DNA of 63,999 nucleotides, the filler included, from Jimgerdemannia flammicorona (lineage: Eukaryota): NCBI GenBank assembly GCA_003990765.1. It is 3 parts of 3 records of this genome, joined end to end, with 100 filler letters (N's around TTAATTAATTAA, not from the genome) between each part and the next. Parts side by side here need not be neighbours in the genome. Positions count along the whole stretch, not along the records: positions 21,425 to 42,746 come from RBNJ01001481.1; 2 more parts are not named here. One strand, 5' to 3'. Each line of letters begins with the position of its first letter. Position 1 is the stretch's first letter. The notes below the pieces were generated by a model. It saw only the letters and a program-made list of their open reading frames with translations. It did no database searches and was not told where the DNA came from. The translations under genes and the position numbers were made by a program. Positions 24,541 through 37,449 of the stretch are shown one piece after another.

Positions 24541-27500
24541 ATGGGGGACAATGGGTGGAATCCTTCATACAGTACCTATGGTCCAGGTAATACCTCATAC
24601 CATCAGTAAGAAGAAGAGGAACAGCAAAACCCTACTCAGTCAAATGGGGCCATCAAGAGTCTTTTGCAGACTGCATTAGCTCAGACTGCTCAACTTCAAG
24701 AATGCATAGAAAGAAAGGAAAGCAAGGCCTCCGCTCATACCTCTGCACCTCCACTGACATCAATATATCCAACAGCAGTCACTATCAAGCCTCAGAAGCC
24801 TGACACTTTTGATGGTCAAAGAGGAGGACTGTCTACCAACGCCTGGCTTTTCCAATTGGAGCAATATAGAGAACTGACCAATTTGGAAGAAGCAACACTA
24901 GTCCAATTTGCCACCACACTCCTCCGAGGGAATGCTGCAATCTGGTAGTGAAATCATGTCCAGAATACCAGATTCTCTGGCTGAATCAAGACCTGGGGTG
25001 AATTCTCTAATGCTATTCAAGGCCAATTCAAACCAGTCAACAGCACTAAGGCCATGCAAGACCATCTGGCAAATGTCAAACAACTCAAGTCTGTGCAAGT
25101 ATATAATGCACAATTCCTGTCAATCCTGCTAGAATTACTATATGTCACTGAAGATGAGAAGGTTGACAAGTACATCAGAGGCCTGAAAGGTCAAACCCAA
25201 GTTCATGTTGAACTAGAAGAACCCAAGGATCTAGACATGGTAATGAAAATTGCTGATAGGTTTGATGTCATCATCTATGATCACTATTTTGAACAGAAGA
25301 GACTACCTTTCAACAACAACAATAACCACAGAAGGGAGGAATCCAAAGTCAGAACTATTGGACCTGCCCCCATTGACCTAGATACCATCAACTAGAACAA
25401 GAAAGGCAAGATTACACCTGAGGAAAAGGAGTACCTCAAGAAGGCTAGAGCCTGCTTCTTTTGCCATCAGCCTGGTCACATTGCAACAAAATGTCCCAAG
25501 AAAACTGCCAAACCAAAGAGGATCCTGGTCCTGTTCAAAGACACTCAAGGTCAACCAGTTGAACAAGAAGTTGTACTCAATTTCATGCGAGTCAACTCCA
25601 AGGCCCAGATCCCTCAAGCACAGTCAGAAGGAGCCATTAGTTTGGACCTTCAAGCAGTACAACAAGTCACTATTCTGGCACATGAGAGAAGGCTCATTTC
25701 AACTGGTCTTTCAGTTGAATTTCCCAAGGAACATTATGCAAGAATTTTACCAAGATCAGGCCTCAGTTTCAAGTACTCATTGGATGTTGGTGCTGGAGTC
25801 ATTGACCCTGACTTCTGAGGTGAAATGTAAGTCCTGCTAGTCAACCACAAGAACCAACTATATACCGTCAATGAAGGTAACAGAATTGCACAGCTCATTC
25901 TGGAGTGAGCCACCCTACCAGTCATCAAAGAAGTCACCAAGCTGTCTCCAACCAAGCAAGATCAGAAAGGCTTTGGCAGCACTGACAAAGTTGCAAGTAT
26001 AGCTGAGAACCAAGCCAATTCAATACTCATTTTCAAAGGTCTAGTCAAGGGACAAGAACTAGATATTCTCATAGACAGTGGAGCTGTTGGGAACTTCATC
26101 AACAAGAACCTCATCGATAAGCTCAAGATTCTCACCAAACCAGCTGGCAAGAATGGTAGAGTTGTTACCACAGATGGCACCACCTTACCAATTGACTCAA
26201 TTGCTGCTAAACTTCCCCTCAAGATCCAGAAGTACTGGGAATGTTTAGATTTCGAGATAGCACCACTAGGAGATCATGACCTGATCCTAGGCAAACCCTG
26301 GCTAACATGGCACAACCCTCAGATTGATTGGACCAAGAATGAAGTCACCTTGATTCAGGATGGAGCCAACATTACCATCAAGCCAGACAAGACTCAGACG
26401 AGAACCCCAATTGCGACCCTTTCAGCAATTCAGTTCAAGAAGGCCCTCAAGAAAGCTACCTATGCCTTTGTGGCACTGATCTGATCAAAGAAAGAAGACA
26501 AGAAGCTATCAATTGGTGAAAGCATCAAGTTACTACGGAATAAGTACAAGGATGTCTTCCCAGACAAACTACCTGGTCTACCATCCTCAAGAGACCATGA
26601 CTATGAGATCAAGTTGGTACCTGATGCAGCTATACCTAAGAAGAAAATGTACCATATGTCTCTACTCGAAATTGAAGCAGTCAAGAAGGAACTCAATGAA
26701 CTCATTGAGTGAGGAGGCATTCAGCCAAGTAAGTCACCCTTTGGCTCCCCAGTCCTATTTGTCAAGAAAAAGGATGATACTCTGCGAATGTGCATAGACT
26801 ACTGAGCACTCAACAAGATCACAGTCAAGAACCATTATCTGCTACCACTCATATATCAAATCTTTGATGCTCTCAAAAATGCAAAGTACTTCACCAAGAT
26901 TGATCTCACCTCTGAGTATCACCAAATTCGAATCAAGCCAGAAGACATACCCAAGACTGCCTTCATGACACCCTTTGGACTCTACAAATTTCTAGTCATG
27001 GCCTTTGGTCTCACCAATGCACCAGCAACCTTTCAAGATCTCATGTAAACTGTCTTCAAAGACCAGCTCTATATCTTTGTACTTGTATACATTGATGACA
27101 TCCTGATCTTCAGTAGAACTGAAGAAGAATACCTCAAGCACATTGAACAAGTCCTCAAGATCCTCTGCAAGAACAAGCTCTACGCAAAGCTCAAAAAATG
27201 TGAATTTTTCAAGGATCAAGTCAAATACCTTGGACACATTGTATCAGCCAAAGGAATTCAAGTAGACCCAAGGAAAATACAAGCCATTGAACAGTGGCCT
27301 ATACCAGCAAACCTCACAGAACTCAGGTCCTTCCTTGGTCTGGCTGGATACTACCATCAATTTATCAAGAACTTTTCTGGCATTGCAGAATCTTTGACAA
27401 ATCTCCTGTGAAAGGAACCCAACTCTGACCTCTATGTCCCCTACATCTGGGATGCTTTCTGTCAACAAGCTTTTCAAGAACTCAAGAACCGTCTGACCCA

Positions 27501-29382
27501 TGCACCTGTCCTGAGAAACATGGACCCAAACTTGAAGTTCACAGTCACTACAGATGTATCTAACTTTGCCATTGGTGCAGTCATTTCTCAAGATGATGGT
27601 CAAGGACACCAACCTATTGCCTTTGAGTCAAGAAAATTGTCCCTAGTGGAACAAAAGCTGGCTACTCATGAAAAGGAACTCCTGGCAATCATGCATGCCC
27701 TCAAGATCTGGGAATACTATCTAGAAGGAGTTGAGTTCAATGTGATCACTGATCACAGATCCCTCCAGTACATCAACACTTAACCAACTCTTTCTTGCCA
27801 ACAAGCCAAGTGGAGTCAACTACTTCAGACCTTTATCCCAAACATCATCTACAAGCCTGGCAAAACCCTAGTTGTACCAGATGCACTTTCAAGAAGATCT
27901 GACCTTGCTGCAATTTTACAAGTCACTGTGGCACCTGAATTCCTCAACCAGATCAAGAAGACGTATGAACAAGACTCTCTGGTTCTACAAAGGAACACCA
28001 AGGAATTCAAGAAAAAGTACACCATTAAGGACAACCTCATGTACTATCAAGACAAAGTATATATTCCTGCCAACCCTGAACTTTGGTACAAGATTCTTCA
28101 TGAACATCATGACTCCCCACTAGCTGGCCACCTTGGAACTGAGAAGATCATCAAGAATATCCAACGAGACTACTACTGGCCAAACATGCTCAAGGAAATC
28201 AAGGAGTATATCCAAAGCTACGATCTTTGTCAAAGAAACAAGTCAAGTAACCAAGCACCAGCCAGTCTTCTACAACCCTTGTCAATTCCAACCAAGAAGT
28301 TCGAACAAGTCACAATGGACTTCATTGTGCAACTCCCATGAACCAAAACAGGCTATGATGCTATTGTTGTGTTTGTGGACTATCTCACTAAGATTACAAT
28401 TGCTGAGCCAACCACAACCAATGCCACTGCCCCAAAAATTGCAAGAATCTTCTTCAAGACTGTCTTCCACCATTATGGACTTCCCTGAGTAATTATCAGC
28501 AACCGTGATCCCAAGTTCACAAGTCACTTCTGGTAAGCACTCTTCAAGACCCTTGGAACCCAAATTGCTATGTCCACTGCCTTCCATCCTCAAACTAATG
28601 GACAGACAGAGCAAATGAACAGAACACTTGAACAAATGCTCAAAAACTATGTGTCTTATGAGCAAGATAATTGGGACCACTATCTGACCTATGCCAAGTT
28701 CACCTACAACAATACCAACCAATCATCAACTGGCCTTTCCCCATTTCAGCTACTTAATGGTCAAAACCCCAAGACCCCTGCAAGCCTAGTCCAATTCCAG
28801 CAATCCAGTCACACTCAAGTTCCCACAGCCCACAACCTTATCGACAAAATAGATTCCCTTCTCAAGATTGCCACTACAAATCTGCAAAAGGCTCAGCAAT
28901 ATTAAGCTAAGTATGCAGATAAGAAGCAGCGAGATGTCATATACAATATTGGTGATATGATTCTACTCAAAGCCGACAACATCAAGGCTCAATCTCAAGT
29001 CAACCGCCAGTCAGCCAAATTCCAGCCCAAGTACCTTGGACCCTTTGAAATTACTGAGCAAGTCTCTACCTGGTCTTACCATCTCAACTTGCCAACAACC
29101 ATGCATATACACCCAGTATTCCATATGTCACAACTCAAGGCCTGGAATCAGTCACCCCCATACCCTGGCCGAATTCTGACACCATCAGCACCAGTCATAG
29201 TTGAAGTCCACATCGAGTATGAAGTTGAGAAAATCTTAGACAAGTGAGTCTGATATCATTGCACAGAATACCTAGTCAAGTAGATGGGTTACCCTGAATA
29301 TGATGCTACCTGGAAACCTGCTGCCAATCTCAAGAACTTCCAAGACCTCATCTAAGAGTTCAAGCAAAAAGAAACTCATTGA
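24541..29382 (+). pseudogene. Element C gag-dUTPase-PR-RT-RNaseH-IN-chromodomain polyprotein with many stops
   Basis: PQKPDTFDG gag; CFFCHQPGHIATKC; ILPRSGL and AGVIDPDF dUTPase; IDSGA; YIDD; HPQTNGQTE; GPF; EYEVEKILD. Confidence 0.93.
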
Positions 29383-29695
29383 CTGCCCATGAGGTTCTCC
29401 CCTTGGATAGTAGACGACCTACTATACTAATCAGGCACATTATGCATCGGGGCTCCCTAAGGGATACAGCATCAGAAGTAAGAGATATAGGAGAACCCTA
29501 TAAATCCTGCAACCAATGAGGTTTGAACCAGTTCTCATCCAATCAAGATGATACTTTGGCCCTTGCCTTATACAAGGATGGCCAATTCTTGCCAATGAGT
29601 TGGTATATTTAATTTGAAGTTTCTTTTAGTCTTATTGTTTATTATGTATAACTTTGAGAATTCAATGAGAATATTGATTCTTAAGGAGGGGGAGA

Positions 29696-30098
29696 TGTAA
29701 TATTTTAGCATAGTTTATTTCTTTTCTTTGTCTTTCTTCAATATTCTATGACCTTCCAGTACTTTCTGAATGCTTAGAAATCCTTTCTTGGTGCCAATCA
29801 TCCTCTAGTACTTATTTAGCTAGTCACTGATTGTCCTGGAAACTTGTAGAACTTTATTTGTCATTATTTGTCATCTTTGCTGAGAACTTTCCTCTTGGCA
29901 TTTTCCTTTGATTTCTCAGATCCTTCTGGATCCTTCTTTCAGATCTTGTATAAATATTCCCTTTGTTCTCATGAATAAAGTCTCAGAATATTTTCTCTCT
30001 GAAATCTTTTGAGAACACTTGAATTCTTAGTATCTCTTCGAGCTACTTAGGACTACCAGAACTAGTCACTTCCTCATTTAGAAACCAGAACTGATACA
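29696..30098 (+). repeat. 3' LTR of element C
   Basis: Follows the PPT; direct repeat of the 5' LTR. Confidence 0.95.
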
Positions 30099-30103
30099 CA
30101 GAC

Positions 30104-30677
30104 AGAAAGAACCAACAAGACCCTCAAGAACATCCTGGCGAAAATCTCAGAGACATATGAGAATTGGAATAACTATCTCCCAACTGCCCTCTCTGTCCTA
30201 TGAGACATATGGTCACAGAGCACACACTTTACCCCAAGGGAGCAGCTCTTTAGAGAAGAAGATTCTGATGAAATCTCAGCCACAAATCTAGACCTAACTT
30301 GGAAATGGGTTGATGCAGAAATCCAGAGACTACACCAAATCAGGAAGAAGGCTGAAGATTATATCACCAAGTCACAAGCGCTGACAAGAAAGAATGCAGA
30401 AAAGAATCACAAGGCCCTAGAACCCATCCGAATCAGAGAAAAGGTTCTACTGTATCGAAATATGGTAGAAGCCTCATGGTTACGAAAACTGGAGCCCAAA
30501 TGGGAAGAACCCTTCTATGTGCAAGATATCAAGGGAACTACCTTCTGGCTTAGAAAAATCTCAGGGACTATACTGCCTACTATGGTACATAGTAACAGAC
30601 TCAAGAAGTACCACAAACCTATACAAGAGAAACAAAACATAATGACTGCCCACAAGGTTCTAGTCCATGAATCATAA
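30104..30677 (+). pseudogene. Element B integrase C-terminal part
   Basis: ERTNKTLKNIL continues the frame interrupted by C; KLEPKWEEPF...VHSNRLKKY (GPY/F module). Confidence 0.88.
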
Positions 30678-31232
30678 CAGCATATCCCATGACCAGCAGG
30701 CTATCTGTCTGGACCATTCTCTAAGGGATATGGTACCGGCAACTACTCATCCATGAGACTTTCAAAGTTAGAGGAGTTTGAACTGTTAACTGATTAGTCA
30801 AGATCAGAATCAGGCCCTTGCTCTATATGAAGGGAGCGACCCTTCACCATCACGCCAAAATACAAAGAGAAGATGCCAGCCCATAAACACCACTTTACGA
30901 CCCCTTGCCAGAGGTTATGGGATCAGCAAATTTTTCAGAACTGGACCAATGAATAAGGATGCTCAGGAAGATCCTTATTCAGGAGGAAGATGTGATGGTG
31001 ACTCCAGAATGATGACATCAGCACAGAAGACAGCCTTTCTTTGTAAGCTACCAGATCTGAGTACAAGAAGATCATATGGCATATGAGATGAACAATGATG
31101 ACCAACTGTGAGTCATTGTGACCACAGTATAAGCATTCTGAAGAATATAAAAGAAGGATTGAGGAACCGCAGTAGCAGCAACCAACAAGAACCACCAATC
31201 CCAAAATAGCTCAAAGACTTACCACAAATAAA

Positions 31233-32054
31233 ATACCTGCTGCCCACCAAACCTCAAGGTCAAGGAATCACCAAGGCATCTCAGTTGAGGAAAGGATGTT
31301 CCAAGACATTAGAAGAGCCATGGGGACCCAAAAAAGAAGGACTCCCAGTGTCAACCTGGGTACTGTAGACCCTTATTACTTTATTCTCTACTGCTGCAAA
31401 ATGGAAACAAGGATCACCATTGCTACTGAATGCCTCCAAATGTGGCAGGAGTATGAAATAGGAAACCTCCTCTGCCGGGAGTTCCCACAGGCCAGCACTC
31501 AAGAGCTACAAGATACCACTCCCATGGATATATGCGAAACAAGGATAGCTAAGAAGATCCATCAGATCTTCAGGCATGCACCATAGTTGATCCCCAACTT
31601 GGAGTATGTTAGAGTCTCAGACTTCAGAGACCTGTCATCCCGCTGTATCAATGCACTAGAAGCCAGGGTGACTATAGAAGCCCAGTCCACTATCACCCTC
31701 AACAGTGAAGAAGTAGAAGACTTCTGGCATCCTATCCTTCAGGACAACCCAGACCAATTCCTACAAGGATTGATCTCACTATTCCAAGGCCCAAGCATCC
31801 AGATTAGACTTCCCCAAGACCCCACATTTGTTCCTTATTTTGTAGAAGAAAACCTCATAGATTGGAGAGCTCCAGATCTTGTTCCAGATTTCTCCACCGA
31901 ACATGATGATGTCATCAGTGATGACATCATCCTGTGCGACATCGACATACTTGAAGCATGCGAACCACACAACAACGAATTCGCGGACCTCATCTTCTTC
32001 AGTGATGATGATGATGATGATAAAGCCCCCATGATCCTGAACATTCTGCTCTAA
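31233..32054 (+). pseudogene. U3-encoded accessory ORF of family B (~273 aa)
   Basis: ORFs 31296..31586 and 31587..32054 are one frame; the TAG at 31584 is TGG and the ATA at 31233 is ATG in the solo LTR copy; preceded by TGAGTCA (31109) and TATAAAA (31146). Confidence 0.82.
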
Positions 32055-32064
32055 GTTCCTTGTT

Positions 32065-32192
32065 ACACTGGATAATGCCAGCACCGGTATTCTCATGTAA
32101 TACTGGATAATACCAGTACTGGTATTCTGAGGTGATGTGAAATTGTTCCAGCATCAGCATTTTGATGTGATACTAAATAATACCAGCATCCT
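32065..32192 (+). repeat. About 4 degenerate copies of a 35-bp tandem repeat in the B LTR
   Basis: Units start at 32065, 32100, 32135 and 32170 (consensus near ATACTGGATAATACCAGCACTGGTATTCTGATGTG); also present in the solo LTR. Confidence 0.8.
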
Positions 32193-32684
32193 GAACCTGT
32201 ACAACCATCAGTGCCAACTCTGGAACTTAGTAGTTTTAGTTATTGGAATTTATATTTAGCTTTATATCTTAGCTACCATTGAATTATATTTTGTATAAAT
32301 ACCCCTCTTATTTCCTCTGAAATAAAGTCAGTTCTGCAATACACATACTTCCTTGCAAGCAATCTAAGAGATAAAAAGATAGTTAAAGATAAGAAGTTTG
32401 AGGACTATAAGACCTTGGGAAGGCACTCTAATAAGAACTTGCTTATAACAAACTTGAGTTAGTCTAAGAGATACACCTTGAAGAGAATCTGGTGTATTTG
32501 AAGGACTCAGCGACCACTATGTGACACTGGGCAGCAAAGGGAATGAGGGACAGAGGGGAGCAAGTTAAGGATTCCAGAACTCTCTATATCTGATTTCTTT
32601 TGAGCTACTAGCTGCTGCTATGGCATAAGGACATTTTACTATATATATTCTAAAATAGATCATAAAGTGTTCAAGCACTTGTAG

Positions 32685-32720
<36 letters not shown>

Positions 32721-33361
32721 CTTATATAATAGTTAAACAATTTAAGAAATAAAATTATTTTTAAACTTATACATATAACTTAATATAATTTATTTATTTA
32801 TACTAGAAATAAAATTAATAACTTTAATTTTATTTAGCTTTTTGGAATAGGTTTATCATTAACAATTAAAATTTTTGATAGTACTGATGATTGAAGCAAC
32901 TACTTGGATCTATTTCTCTTTGTATTTTAGTATTGAATACTTATATGTATTTCAGCCCAAGAGGTCTTTTGTCCAATATTTTAGTACCCCCCCGCTTTAC
33001 GACTGGTGAAATCGATTGCCGAGTTTCATCAGGCCTTGGAACATGGCCATTAAGCAAGCATTTTCGGCGTGGAAGGCGAATATCAGTTTGCATATGGTGA
33101 CGGGATTTTTAACTCTGTGATGTGAATTGGTTATGCCATTATAATGGCAAGTTACACAATACCGGATAATGGTCTGAAAGGCTGTAAGGAAGTGCGCAGC
33201 AGTCATGTGGGCAGCTGTCAAATTTGAATAATCGGAATAATCGAAATTACTGCTCACAACCCGACCACTCGCAACAAAGTTGAGTAAGTTACCACAAGAC
33301 CTATGAGAGCAATCCAGTTTAGTACATATAGCGCAACTAACCATATCCCATATAACTAGAC

Positions 33362-36036
33362 ATGTCATCCCAAAGCAATAATGCAAACATCACCACCGGA
33401 ACTCTGTTTGCCAGCATGATCGGCGGCCAGTTGCCAACTACCCACAGGCAAGGAGACTCCGCTGAAGGTTTGGTGCAAAACGTGACAAACAACGTTGATG
33501 CAGTTAGCACACACGGGGGACCAGCATTTCTCGGACCCAATAATACCATGTTGGAATCTCATGTAATGGTGAACTATGGTAAGGAGATAGAATTATCCAA
33601 GTGCATATATGTGTGCAAATTTTCATAGTGGATAAACTAATAACTGAACTATTATATTTTATAACGCCAGGCACCATCAATAATTTCAACTCCACACCAA
33701 TTGACAATGTCAACATTGAAAATAAGAAAATGTTCCTAGTTCCGCTCAAGCCCACAAACCGGTTCATAGGCCGAGAGGACATCATGGAAAAGATCCTGGC
33801 AGCAATCACTGAAAACCAATCGAAAGTCGCACATGCGCCGGTAGTCCTCAAAGGCATTGGTGGCATGGGGAAAATGGAAACCATGCTGCAATTTAGTTAC
33901 CGGTGCCACGAGACCTATCATTATGGCTTCTGGCTTCACGTTGATGGAAAGAAGGCGACTCTTGATGCCTTCAGAAGTCTGGCAAAGAAACTTGGGATAC
34001 TCACTGGGGCCAAAATATTCGGCAATACCGATGCTTTGGCTAATTTGATTCGCGAATGGTTTGGAACGAAGACCAGCTGGCTGCTTCTCTTAGATAACAT
34101 AAATGATGCCAATGATATAGACCGTTATATTCCAGCAACAGGTGGAGATGTTATCATGACAACTCGCAATAATGTTCCTTCTTCCTGGGCCACCGTAATC
34201 AAAGTAGACAAGATGACCAACGAGCAGGCCCTTTCTCTCTTGATTGGTTCACGATCTCCATCTGCTGATCCAATAACTGATGCACAACACATTGTACAAA
34301 AGCTCGACTGTTTCCCTCTGGCCATAAACATTGCTCATTCCTATCTTGAATGAACTAAAACAACTTTTGGAGATTATCTGAAGTTGATTACAAAAAATCC
34401 TAAAGTGTTACTCACTGGCAGCGATCACAGCAATCTGAGCATCTACAAGGAGACAGTGGCTACAGTGTGGAAATTGTCATTCAATCAAATCAAGGAGCAA
34501 AACCTGTTGGCAACGCGAATTCTCCATGCTTGCGCCTTTCTCCAACCAGACGCAATACCAGTATCCATTTTCCAATGACAACACGATGCCTTGGCGCTCT
34601 TTCGGAAACCATTGCGAGGACCCCTAGAGGAGACAGCTGAACAGGTTATTCTTTTGGCGATTGGCACATTAGTTGAATTTTCGTTTCTTCGGCGAACTAC
34701 CAGAGATGATGTCAACTGCAAAAGCATTACCAATGGCGAAGGTGATACAAATATTTTCGACCCAACTAGTGACATGCTTTCAATTCACTGCATGATGCAA
34801 ATGGTAGTTCGTGATGGGATGGAAAGTGGTGAGAATCTGAAGTGGCTAGGGCGCATCGTTGCTCATGCAGTGAGGAGGAGTGATCGTTTTCGGTGGTTTG
34901 AATGCATAGATATTCGAGTGGCGAAGAGCATGGAGTATCTATGATGTTTGGAAACCATCATTGCAGCACTGAATAAGGAATTCGTTTCCGTAGACTATCA
35001 TATTCCACAAGTCTGAATAACAAACGAAGCGCATCTTCCACATGTCCGACATATTGTTGCTCAACTTAAAAATATAGAGAAAATGTCCGCTGAGACCCAT
35101 GTCCTTCTAGTCAGCCTGCTTAATCAAACCACTTGGTACTTGATAAATGGTGGTATTTACCAAGGCACCGAGTAGCTCTCACAGATGGCTGTATCACTTT
35201 CGGAAGCAAAACTTGGGATGAACGATAGCACAACAGCATTTTCTCTGAGAGCTTTGGCTTGGCTTTACTTTAGCCAGGGCAAATACGACAAGGCGGAGCC
35301 GCTGTATGAACGGGCACTGGTGATTTATGAGAAGGTGTTGGTATCAGAGCACTTAAGTACAGCATATACTATGAATAGTCTGGCTATTCTTTACAAAGAC
35401 CAGGGCAAATACGACAAGGCGGAGCCGCTGTACGAATGGGCACTGGCGATCCATGAGAAGGTGTCGGGATCAGAGCACCCAGACACCGCAACATGTCTGA
35501 TCAATCTGGGTGTGCTCTACAAAGTGCAGAGCAAATATGACAAGGCCAAGCCGCTGTATGAACGGGCACTGGCGATCCATGAGAAGGTGTCGGGATCAGA
35601 GCACCCAAACATGGCAACATGTCTGAACAATCTGGGTGCGCTCTATGATGAGCAGGGCAAAAACGACAAGGCGGAGCCATTGTACGAACGGGTGCTAGCG
35701 ATCCGTGAGAAGGTGTTGGGAACAGAGCACCCATTCATGGCAACAACTCTGCAAAATCTGGCTAATATCTACAACAACCAGGGCAAATACGACAAGGTGG
35801 AGCTGCTGTACGAACAGGCGCTGACGATTAATAAGAAGGTGTTGGGAGCAGAGCGTCCAGAAACGGCAAGAACTCTGTACAATCTGGCTTTCCTCTACAA
35901 AAGACAGAATGAATATGACAAGGCGAAGCCACTGCACAAATGGGCGCTGGCAAACCAAGAGAAGGTGTTGGGATCAGAGCATCCACATACGGCCCTATTT
36001 CGGGAAGCTCTAGCTAGATGTCCTTGCACTGTTTAA
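33362..36036 (+). pseudogene. NLR-like NB-ARC-TPR gene with five in-frame stops; intron 33579-33670
   Basis: FIGRED; Walker A GIGGMGK(M); Walker B WLLLLDNI; VIMTTRN; CFPLAI; 126-bp (42-aa) TPR repeats YDKAEPLYERALAI.EKVLG.EHP; stops at 34351, 34576, 34942, 35014 and 35173 with no frameshift. Confidence 0.9.
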
Positions 36037-37449
36037 TGGCATTACTTGGTATCCCCATTCATATTTATTTCCATCCGCCTCTCCTATTTTACGAATCACA
36101 AGTGGACCCCTCCCTTCTGCCATAGTGTAGAACATTCAGTCGAGTACTAATATATCTACCAAATTGTGTAATGGTATTGCTGTGATCCCTCCACGTTAAA
36201 TATTATTTTTATTTTATTTTTATATAAATATATTATTTGACTATTGGAATTAAGTATTGTTTGATGCATACATTTGATGACAAATTCTTGTAGCTCATCT
36301 TTGCGGTAAATTTGGGTTCGATATACCATCGCTTCAACCCAGCCAGCACGTGTGTGGTCCCAAATAACTATAAATAGAGATAGCACGGTTGTGGGTGCCC
36401 TCTGATAACACACATCAACTGTCCCGCCTCCGCCCAACCTCACCCGACCTCTTCTACACCCACACATGACTAACCTCACCACTCGACCTCCATATCGCCC
36501 TACATCCTCTCGGCAAACGCAACAGCAGGTCATGTGGCATCTACAATCATTTGTGGAGGGGTGACGATGCGGCGTGAATTTACCTGATCAGGAAGCAGAT
36601 GCAGCCCCCCTGCCGGGTGCGATGGCGGAAGTGAAAGATGGGATTGGCTGGATCGACGACTTGACAAAACGCCTGACAATCCACCGTATTCTGACCTTAA
36701 ATATATCTGGCATATGACGCTTGTCAAAAAAAAAATAAAAAATAAAAAATAAAAAAAACACCATCACAATTATCACCTCTCTCCGATTACCAAAACCCAT
36801 GCCCTTAAAAATAAACTACAAGCTCTTGTACCTTCCCTAACTCCCACGTTACTTTCTTCGATCCTCACAGCTTCGACCCATCTCTTTCTCACAAACGCAA
36901 CGCCTCCTGCCCTGTCCGATTGTCCGCAAGTCGCACGATAGCGTGGCACACCACAGTCCCAGACACTGGGCCACAACTATCACACACGCAATTATATGAC
37001 ACAAGCGCCACATTTTATTCAACCTGGGCCAGTTGTATATATAAGATCGCGGGTAGACACTAAATCAAGGGGGATGAAATGAAACGCGAATGTAAGAGGA
37101 GTTCGAGGAGGTGGATGGAAAGGCTATCTACGGGCTACCAAATCTCTGGGTGGAAGGGGATGAAAGGGTATATGATGTGCAAAAGATTTTGGGATTAAGA
37201 AGGGCGATAAGTATTGCTAGGATAATGTGGTAATCATGTGAGGGAGTGTTTGTGCGTGCATGAGTGAGTGATATATACATGAACAAATAGGATAATCAGG
37301 CCGAAACGAATAATGATATATGGAAAACGGAAAAAGGAGATGAGCAAGAAAGGAATACGTAACAAATTCCGTCAATACAACTGCAATTTTAACGAGAAGC
37401 AATCTCCCCCGATTCACAGCCCGGTCGACATTGTTCCAACATCCTGTAC

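Larger units (their letters stand above)
24070..30098 (+). mobile_element. Full-length chromodomain Ty3/Gypsy element C (6029 bp) inserted in the integrase of B
   Basis: 403-bp LTRs at 24070-24472 and 29696-30098; PBS TGGTAGCAGCGG at 24475; PPT AAGGAGGGGGAGA at 29683-29695; exact TSD CAGAC (24065-24069, 30099-30103). Confidence 0.97.
21425..32526 (+). mobile_element. Ty3/Gypsy element B (no chromodomain), 5' end lost in the gap: dUTPase-RT-RNaseH-IN and 1.5-kb 3' LTR; split by element C
   Basis: ORF 21538..22917 runs from dUTPase into RT (YVDN, degenerate YxDD); RNase H; integrase GNGQ|TERTN split by C; PPT and LTR. Confidence 0.92.
30991..32526 (+). repeat. 3' LTR of element B (1536 bp) containing an accessory ORF
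   Basis: PPT AGGAGGAAGA at 30981-30990, then TGTGAT...GTGACA; both ends match the solo copy at 39927-41472; TATAAATA at 32294 and AATAAA at 32321. Confidence 0.9.

Noticed and set aside
33601..35200. Possible alternative genetic code (TGA readthrough) in the NLR and retroelements
   Set aside because: TAA and TAG stops also occur and differ between sister copies, which fits C>T decay rather than recoding.
35278..35990. Regular 126-bp repeats resembling a CRISPR or satellite array
   Set aside because: They are the in-frame 42-aa TPR units of the NLR; no spacers or cas genes.
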